A stretch of DNA of 64,000 nt from NCBI GenBank assembly GCA_036785375.1, contig JAWMAR010000006.1, forward strand, positions 19,344,001 through 19,408,000, in the 5' to 3' direction. How positions within the stretch are numbered: the stretch's first letter is position 1; the number at the start of each line of letters is the position of its first letter. The position numbers and the translations under genes were made by a program. Source of the DNA: Leucoraja ocellata (lineage: Eukaryota). Below are positions 54,901 to 64,000 of this stretch, in pieces. The notes under the pieces are model-generated. The model was not told the DNA's origin. It searched no databases and was given only the letters and a program-made list of their open reading frames with translations.

Positions 54901-55959
54901 CCTGACTGATAGTCCATGTGAAAGTTGCAAGATTCTTTCTCGAATTGTATGGTCGTTAGTTCAGGTTGATTGTTCTTTGCAAAAGTACAGTGAGGTTCAG
55001 GTACAATGTTTGTATCCGCATCACAAGAATATGGATAGATAAACACACAGAAACATAACATATGCATAATTAGACAAATTACAAAAAATCCAGTAAAAAC
55101 AAAAAGGGCCTGTGCCACTTTTGCAACATGTTGCGGGGTGACGCCTGTATGGTCATGTGTAGTGGCCTAAAGAGTCGTACCTTTTTCTGGTCGCCGCTGG
55201 ATTTTCAACATTTTGAAAATTTTCGGTGACCTGCTGTGACAATGGCGGGTGCCGGCAAGTCACTGAAAAAATTGCATGAGTGGGACACCTTTAAAGGTGT
55301 TTTAAACACAATTAGGAAGCAAAAGTCCATGCTCGTACAAAAGTTAATTTGTGGTGTTCGTTGTCAAGGTAAGATCAGGTTCAAGATTCCAATGGTAGTA
55401 GGAAACTAGCTGTTCCTGAACCAGGTGGTTTGTGACTCAAGCTTCTGTACCTCACACCTGACAAGTGGCACCGCAAAGTGGGCATGGCTCGGAGGGTGGA
55501 GATCGTTGATGATAGATGCAGCCTTGAGACAGGGCTCCATGTAGATATTTTCAGTGGTTGGGCAGGGCTGTGCTCGCGATGGTCCTGGTTGAGTCCATCA
55601 CTCCCTGCAGCAACATGTTCCTGAGACTTGTAATTGCATTACCAGGGCGTGCTGCAACCAGTCAGTATATTTTCTACAGAACCTTGTTGGAGTGCTCGAT
55701 GATATGTTCAATCTCTTTTAACTTGCATTTGTGCACTTTCTTTGTGTTCACATCTGTGCTGGCCTTGCATTGTGCTTTCTAATTCCATATTCACTCTGTG
55801 ATAACCTTACTTTATTGCATCCAATTTTCTCTCGAGTGTTTCAAGCTCCACAATGTTGTGAAAATAGTCTTTTGGATATATTTTACATCTTCAATGTAAA
55901 ATATTGCAAGATGCTTCATGTATATGATTGGTCAAAATATAGCTCGTAATAATGTCAAT

Positions 55960-56290
55960 TTAGTTTAGTTTAGAGATACAACGTGGAAGCAGGCCCTTCG
56001 GCCCACCGGGTCCGCTCCGACCAGCGATCCCCGCACATTAACACTATCCTACACCCACCTAGGGCCAATTTATTTATTTTTATACATTTACCAAGCCAAT
56101 TAACCTACAAACCTTTACGTCTTTGGAGTATGGGAGGAAACCGAAGATCTCGGAGAAAACCCAGGTAGTCACGGGAAGATCGTACAAACCCCGTACAGAC
56201 AGCACCCATTGTCAGGATTGAACCCGGGACTCCGGCGCTGCATTCTCTGTAAGGCAGCAACTCTACCGCTGCGCCACTGTGACCGCCCTG
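55960..56290 (-). mobile_element. HE1-type SINE, full length
   Basis: reverse complement of consensus. Confidence 0.87.
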
Positions 56291-58475
56291 GTCGTAGAAA
56301 TTAAATTAGAATCTTAAATGCGGTTAAGAGAAGTAAAGAAACGGAGTGTTTTGTGAGACCATTCCAGAGCTTTGAAGGCATTTGCCAATGATGGAGTGAT
56401 GGAATGTGTGCACCTCAAAGACCAAAATTGGAAGAGTGCATAGACTGTAGGTTGTGGAGATGGTTGGAGCAATATTGTGTAGGAAAGAACTGCAGATGCT
56501 GGTTTAAATCAAAGGTAGACACGAAATGCTGGAGTATCTTAGGCAGCATCTCTGGAGAGAAGGAATGGGTGTCGTTTCAGGTCGAGACCCTTCTCTGATG
56601 CTGCTTGTCCCGCCGAGTTACTCCAGCATTTTGTGTCTACCTTCGTTGGAGCAATATTGTTTGATCACGTACAAAACTAGGATATATTTGAAAATATGAA
56701 TGGAAAATTGTAGATTGAAGACATTTTGGTCTTGGCGCCAATGTACCGATGAGCTGCTTTTCTTAGTGAACATTTCATTCGTCGAGTCGTTAAAGCACAC
56801 AGGACGTTTACCTTGTTTTGTTCCTTATTCTATAAATAACTATTTTTGCGATTAGAAATTTTGCATCAACCTAGATTCCTATTTCTTGTGTGCGCTTGAA
56901 CGACATCAATTTGCATTAATATAGTGTCTTTAATGCAGAAAAACTTTCCAAGATGCCTGTGGGGAGTAATAGAGGAGGTGATAATATAGTTGTTATTAAG
57001 GAAGAGCCTGCCTCAGCCATTCCTGTCAGTCCCTGCACATGCACCCTCAATATTGATGAGCAGTCGAATCTTACTCTTTTTGCATTGACTACATTAGAGT
57101 AGCCTGCTATCAGATAAGTTCATTGTGTTTTTTCTGAATTCCTGAATGGTATTATGAGTTTTTGTTTCCGTAGCCAGTGGTATGGAGGTCAGTATGTTGA
57201 TGCTCGTTTAATTGAGACCAACACAATCAGCAGAATCTGATCTGGCAATGTTCCACTTCAAAGACAACTTTATTATCTCTCCCAGTGCAGTACAGCATCT
57301 TAAACCATCTGCACTTGACATGGTGGACATGAAAAATCTCATGTAAAACAAAAATTGATGGTAATACTGTGTAAGTCAACCTGCAATGTGGAGATAAATA
57401 GCTAACATTTAAGGCCAAAGAACATCAACTGTGGAGACAAAGTTTGTAGTTGTCTGCACCAATGCAGCCTGACTCGCTGAGTATTCTCAGCATTATCTAT
57501 TTTTATTTCACTGAAACCTTATTGCCTCATTGTGGAAGTGAACTTTTGTGAGCAGTTAGGCCTTTGCATTGACTACATTTAGAGTAGTATACTATTAAGA
57601 TAAGTTCATTGTTTTCTGAATTCATGAATAGTGTTTTGCAAATTATTTTGGATATAAATGCAAATCTATGTGTGGGCTTTGTAGGTTATTTCCATGCCAA
57701 ACACTGCCATACTTGATAACTGGTGTGATTATTTAAACAGCCGATTATTTTTAGTTTACAAACATAATGTGTACGTGTGTGGTGGTTTGGATATGTGCAT
57801 ATGTGAAGCAATGCGAAACAACACCCCCTCCACTTGTTAGATTAATGGTAACTAGTTCCATCTTCTGATTTCCCTAATAACTAATCTGCTGCATAAATTG
57901 AATCGGGGCAGATGCTAGATCTCTTGTCTCCTGATAGGATGCGTAAGGTTTTTGATTGGGGACGCGATGGTCGGAGGTAAGGCTTTGGCCTAAATTCAGT
58001 TTGAGGATTGTCTGTTGTCTAAGCACAGCTTGGAAGCTTTGACTGTCTAGTATTCTTGCTCATCCATCTGTGAACATTAACCTGTCAGCCCAGTAGCTCG
58101 AAAGCTTTGTTCGTTTGTCACCAAACCAGATAAGTGCCGGCCTCTAATTGGTCTGTGCGTCCTTTGGATAATAGTTGTGCTTCTACTCATTGTATGTCTA
58201 TAAATTATGAGTTTATGGCTGTCAATACATTGTCCGAGTCTGTTGTGAATTGCCACCTCTTTAAAGATAAATCTAATTATTATATTTTGGTCTTCAACCA
58301 AGGACTTCAATGTATAATTTTAGCTGACATTGTGGGAGATGAGGCGTTACATTTGCTCTCTCAAACCTCTGGACTTCTCACTCCTCCGAGATGCTTGTTA
58401 AAACCTACTCGGAACACTTTCCTCACTTGCTCTTAATGTCATCTTGGTCATCACTTTTGTTTGATACCCCTCCTT

Positions 58476-58750
58476 TAGTTTTAGAGAAACAGTGTTTAAA
58501 ACGGGCCCCTTGTGCCAACAATCGCCGTGTACACTAGTTCTATTATGCACTCTTGGGACAATTTACAGAAGTCGATTATCCTACAAGCCCATACATCTTT
58601 GGAATGTGGGAGGAAACCAGAGCACCCTGAGAAAACCCGAGTAGTCGGAGGGAGAACGTACAAACTCTGTACAGGCAGCACCCGTAGTCAGGATAGAACC
58701 TGGGTCTCCAGCACTGTAAAGCAGCGCCTCTGCTGCTGAGCCACTGTGTC
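58476..58750 (-). mobile_element. HE1-type SINE
   Basis: reverse complement of consensus. Confidence 0.8.
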
Positions 58751-59904
58751 ACCCCGTGACGCCTCCTCTTGTAGACCTTGATACATTTTATTGTAAAAGT
58801 GCTATTTAAATGTAAGTTTTGTGCTGCATTATTAGCTTGGATGAGCTGTTATACTGAGGACCTGTTCAGGTGAGTAATTGAAAATCCCAAAGTGCCATTC
58901 CAAGAAAATCACCAGGTTTCCCCATCACCCTGGTTAGCATTCTCCCGCGCTCATTGTTTGTGCAAAGAAAGGAACCACATCAGCTGTTTCTGTCAGGCTA
59001 TTGTAGGCAAATTGGCTGTTCTTTTTGCCCACATTAGTCACTTCATTACTAACTATGTCATTAATTATACTTGACACATTTCAGGATGTTTCAATGAGAG
59101 CAAGATAAAATGGAAGGTACAGTTAGTTGCTTACATTGGAGATTGTTGCTGTCACATTTTTAATTGTAATCCTAATTCTCCATCTTTTTATTCTCTTCTT
59201 CACCACCACAAATTCCCTGTGTGAATCGGTGCCAGGACTTATTGAATGGTGTGGAATGACATGTCCTTTCCACTCTGAGCAGTATCTTGACATGTACAGT
59301 AATTGGTACACTCGAGTATGAAGCTGTGACACAGCACCTTCCATCTACCACAAACCTGAGGTGGTAGTCACTGCATTGATGCTATCCCACACTTTATGGA
59401 CAGTGCAAGCTGTAGTGCTTCAATAGTTGTATAATTTGTAATTGGTGGGGCTTTGATTTCCTCCTTTTGAATACTTTTGTGAGCAAAAGCTGCGAGTTTG
59501 AACCAGTGTGTTCAGGATGCTTCCCAATTCTTCTGTTAAATAAAAACCGGCTGGCTTTCTGAATGTAAACCTATATACCCAGAATCTCTCATATCTGAAT
59601 TCCAAATTCAGAGTTTCTTCCCAGCAGTAATCAGGCAACTGAGCTACCCTGCCAACAGCTAGAGATCAGTCCTGAGGTACTATCTATCTCATTGTAGACC
59701 CTTGGACTATCTTTGACACATTTTACTGGACTTTATCTTGCACTAAGCGTTATTCATGTTATTCCTTTTATCCTGTATCTGTACGCTGTGGATGGCTCAA
59801 TTGTAATCATGTGTTGTCTTTCTGCTGACTAGTTAGCATGCAACAAAAGCTTTCCAATGTACCTCGATACACACAACAATAAACTAAACTCAAACTCAAA
59901 GTAC

Positions 59905-60410
59905 CCTATTACTGAACTTTGGTCTTGAAGGCACAGAGCCCCAACAAACAAGGAATTTGATTTGTCGTACAGTCATACCAAAAAAAGCAACAAGACACAC
60001 CACTGCATAAAAATTAACGTAAACATCCACCACAGCGCACTGTGATGGAAGGCAATTATCTTCTTCCCTCCTTTTCTCCCACGGTCGGGGCAGTCTAACC
60101 ATCCGCAGTCGGGGCGATCGAAACTCCCATGATCGGGGTGATTGAAGCTCCTGCGGTTGGAGCTCCCGAAGTTGACCCCCAGCAAAGGGACCGCCAGCTC
60201 CACGATGTTAGGCCGCAGTGCGGATGGAGATACGATATGGAAAAAGTTGCATCTCCGTCGAGGAAAGAGATTTTAAAAAGTTTCCCCCACATAATACTAA
60301 CTAAAGATACACTAAAATATACATTTAACAACAGACTAAAAACAACAAAAGAAGAAAAGGACGAGTCTGACTGTTGGCGAGGCTGCCATCGTTCCGCACA
60401 ACCCGGTGTG
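59905..60410 (-). mobile_element. Related non-coding element with ~23-bp internal repeats
   Basis: shares the GCCTTCCATCACAG..TGGATGTTT block and the GGAGA hairpin with 44090-44778. Confidence 0.55.
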
Positions 60411-61551
60411 TCTATCTCCAATCTATCTCCAATCTTGATCAAGTTGGACCAAAAAAAATGTCAGTGCCGAAGGAGTGAGTGATGTCAGCACAAAATAACT
60501 TGCAATTCTCAATCCACACTTGGAATTCTGAGTAGCTTCAACCAGAGTTTGCAAGCAGACAACTTTGGATTTATCTTAGAAGGGTGTCTCACATCAGTGT
60601 CGCAGGTATGTCTCGTACAATTATTGAACTCAATAACCTGATCCTGTGCCAGCTCATTGGAAGATCTATCCCAACTGTAGGTTGAGCACCAGTTTTCTAG
60701 CCCAACCCCTATAATCCCAGACAGAATTACGAGAGCTCGGTTGAAATTCCTTGAGTGGCCATAGATGGTCGTGGCCCTCCATTGTGAAACTATGCTCTCA
60801 ATCTTCACTCCTAGCTGTTTTGCAAAGAGAATACAATAAACCCTCACTTTAACAACCCCCTTCTACCAGACCTCCTTTGGATTCCGTGGTTGAATATGAT
60901 TTCACCACTTTTCAGGCAACAGATTCTGATCATAATTGTCTAAAGAAAATTCTCCTCATCTACTTGAACTGGGTCTTTATGAATGGCTGAGCTGTTTTGT
61001 CAATATTGAGCAAAGACGAAGAAGAGTGGAGCTTGAATTTCCATATTAACTTGCGGTGATACCCAGGGAATGTTTCTGTTGATGTATATCTTGGCTCCCA
61101 CTTTTTACAAATATGGTTTCCTATTAAACATTGAAATTCCAGATCAAACAATCTATCCAACTTGCCATAGACATCACGGCTCCATTCTCAGCTTGTGGGC
61201 TTGAGAAAAATAACAGCTTATATTTTAACTGTAACCGGTTTGGAAAATTGCATATCTGGAGTTTTACAGTATGAAACATGGCGGCTTACTGCATTCGTTT
61301 CTGTCAGCCTGCTATTGTGTCTTGGCATCAAGATAAAATCTCTCGGCTTTATCTATATCCTGAGCTTGACTTTTACAGATCTCCCATAGTGCTCTATCTC
61401 TATCCTGGCTGGTTTCCTGCTATCCTACAGCTCATTTACCAACCTGAAATTGATACCTGGCTGGCTCCAAAAAATAGCTCCTGGATTATCTCAACTTGGT
61501 TCTTCTCCAATGTTCAGGAGCACTATCATAACCTACATACATTGTAGTGTC

Positions 61552-61995
61552 ATAGAAACATAGAAAACATACAAAATAGGTGCCAGGAGTAGGCCATTCG
61601 GCCCTTCGAGCCTGCACCGCCATTCAATATGATCATGGCTGATCATCCAACTCGGTATCCTGTACCTGCCTTCTCTCCATACCCCCTGATCCCTTTAGCC
61701 ACAAGGGCCACATCTAACTCCCTCTTAAATATAGCCAATGAACTGTGGCCTCAACTACCTTCTGTGGCAGAGAGTTCCAGAGATTCACCACTCTCTGTGT
61801 GAATTTTTTTTTTGTCATCTCATTCTTAAAGGATTTCCCCTTTATCCTTAAACTGTGAACCCTTGTCCTGGACTTCCCCAACATCGGGAACAATCTTCCT
61901 GCATCTAGCCTGTCCAACCCCTTAAGAATTTTGTACGTTTCTATAAGATCCCCCCTCAATCTTCTAAATTCTAGCGAGTACAAGCCGAGTCTATC
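61552..61995 (-). mobile_element. CR1 LINE 3' fragment
   Basis: [19 protein letters not shown]...; tail. Confidence 0.9.
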
Positions 61996-62122
61996 AAATT
62001 CAAATCTGCTTCATCTCTCTTACCTCTGCACTGCTGCTGAGTTCATGGTGACATACAACGTGGAGATGGGGCCCACCAAGATTGTGACAACCATCCCCCA
62101 CCCATGTACACTAATAGCTCTG

Positions 62123-62405
62123 TTTAGTTTAGAGATACAGCGCGGAAACAGGCCCTACCAAGTCCACGCCGACCTGCACACTAACACTATACTACACACT
62201 CGGGACAATTTACAATTTTACCGAAGCTAATTAACCTACAAACCTGCACGTCTTTGGAGTGTGGGAGGAAACCGGAGCGCCCGGAGCAAACCCGCACAGG
62301 TAACAAGGAGAACGTACAAACTCCATACAACAACACCCGTGGTCGGGATCGAACCTGGATACCTGGCACTGTAAGGCAGCAACTCTACCGCTGCACCACC
62401 ATCCG
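62123..62405 (-). mobile_element. HE1-type SINE
   Basis: reverse complement of consensus. Confidence 0.83.
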
Positions 62406-63349
62406 TCTTGCATTCAACCTTACATTGATCCTATTTCTTATTCTCTTTGCATTCATATCAATTCCCCCCCCCCATCCTACTGTTATATACATGCTTGGAG
62501 ATACTTAGTGGCTAATTAACCTACTAATCACACATCTTTGGGATGTGGGAGGCAACTGGAGCATGTGGAGAAACCCATACTGTCAGTGGGAGACAATGCG
62601 AGGACCACATGCACAGCAGCTGGACCTTATCTTGCGCTAGACGTTATACCCATTATCTTGTATCTGTACACTCTGGATAACTTGATTGTAATCTTATATC
62701 GTTTTTACACTGGATAGCACGTAACAACGCTTTCCCATTGCACCTCAGTACATGTGACGATAATAATAACCTGAACTAAACTAAGCCGGTTTCAGGATTG
62801 AACCTGGTCCACTGGCATTGTGAAGCACAGCTCAATGAGCTGCACCACTGTGCCATCCCAAATGACCCAGACACCTGCTACTCTGAACCGACTGCTCCCA
62901 TGGAGTTTAAGGGTTGTTAGCCAAAATCTAGTCTAGGAAACAGTTACCATTTTTGAAGCCAAACATCAAAACCTTTTTGGAGCAGACAAGAAGAGTCTCG
63001 ACCTGAAACGTCATCCATTCCGTCCCTCCAGAGATGCTGCCTGTCCCGCTGAGTTTCTCCAGCATTTTTTGTCTATCTTTGATTTAAACCAGCATCTGCA
63101 GTTCTTTCCTACACATCAAAAGCTTTTTATTTGGTTCAACAGCAAACTTGATGGGTCACTATCAGAGGTTGATCTAGTCCGTGTGAAATTTCGATCTATT
63201 TGAACTTTATCAGCAAAATCGTTCATGCCTCGCTCAGTAACATGGCCAGACTCTGACCTTACCTCCTTTGATTGGAGGCTGTAACCCTTGCTTGTTGAGG
63301 GAGGAAGGGTGTGCTGTCTCTGGTGAGGGTCCAGAGGAAGTTTAGAAGA

Positions 63350-63800
63350 ATGATTCCAGGAATGAGTGGGTTACATATGATGAACGTTTGACAGCACTGG
63401 ACCTCAACTCACTGGCGTTTAGAGGGTTGAGGGGGACCTCATTGAAACTTACAGAATAATGAAAAGCATAGATAGATTGGATGTGGAAAGGATGTTTCCA
63501 GTAGTGGGAGTGTCTAGGACCACAGGTCATTGCCTCAGAATTAAGGGGCTCTCTTTCAGAAAGGATGTGTGGAGGAATTTCTTTAGTCAGAGTGTAGTTA
63601 ATCTGTGGAGCTCATTGTCACAGAGGGCTGTGGAGGCCAAGTCAGTGGATATTTTTACGGCAGAGATAGACAAATTCTTGATTAGAACGGGTGTCAAGGG
63701 TTATGGGAAGAAGGCAGGAAAATGGGATTAGGAGGCAGAGATAAGCCACGATTGAATGGTGGAGCACAGTCGAATGGCCTAATTCTACTCCTATAACTTG
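63350..63800 (+). mobile_element. CR1 LINE 3' fragment (older subfamily)
   Basis: DRLDVERMFPVVGVSRTTGH...FFSQSVVNLW. Confidence 0.85.
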
Positions 63801-64000
63801 TGAACTTGTTGCCTTTGCACCTGGGCTGTTCTGATGTTTTCCAGGCTGGCTTCCTGCCGCTATGAACTATGTAAATTCCTGTCCATCTATCACCCACATT
63901 GTCATGTTCACTCACCCCCTTAAACTCGTTAACGTATGTTGAGTCTGTGTTCAAATTCCTTCCTGGCAACATCCTTATTGCTCTAACTTCCCTCCTTTCA

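Overview
Vertebrate nuclear DNA from a cartilaginous fish, probably a skate or ray (inferred from abundant HE1-type tRNA/V-SINEs and HER1/CR1 LINEs). It holds 16 minus-strand internal exons of CPAMD8 (717-25443; A2M/C3 family, with a furin RRRR site, a FAMeT-like domain and the GCGEQ thioester) and 13 plus-strand 3' exons of MYO9B (27376 to ~47278; C1 zinc finger, RhoGAP, tail, polyA signal). The genes diverge across a 200-N gap that must hide both 5' ends. Splicing the exons by hand shows seven single-base deletions (5 in CPAMD8, 2 in MYO9B), most likely consensus errors. Introns are packed with CR1, Rex1/Babar and L2 LINE fragments, HE1 SINEs and a palindromic MITE. The most interesting element is a Penelope-like (GIY-YIG) retroelement family whose 3' terminal repeat carries a minimal type I hammerhead ribozyme motif and often occurs as long inverted-repeat hairpins. 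A GC-rich Rex1-tailed non-coding element with a covarying hairpin also stands out. No exons were recognised in the AT-richer 48.6-64 kb segment. Protein comparisons are to recalled human sequences, not database searches; repeat boundaries are approximate.
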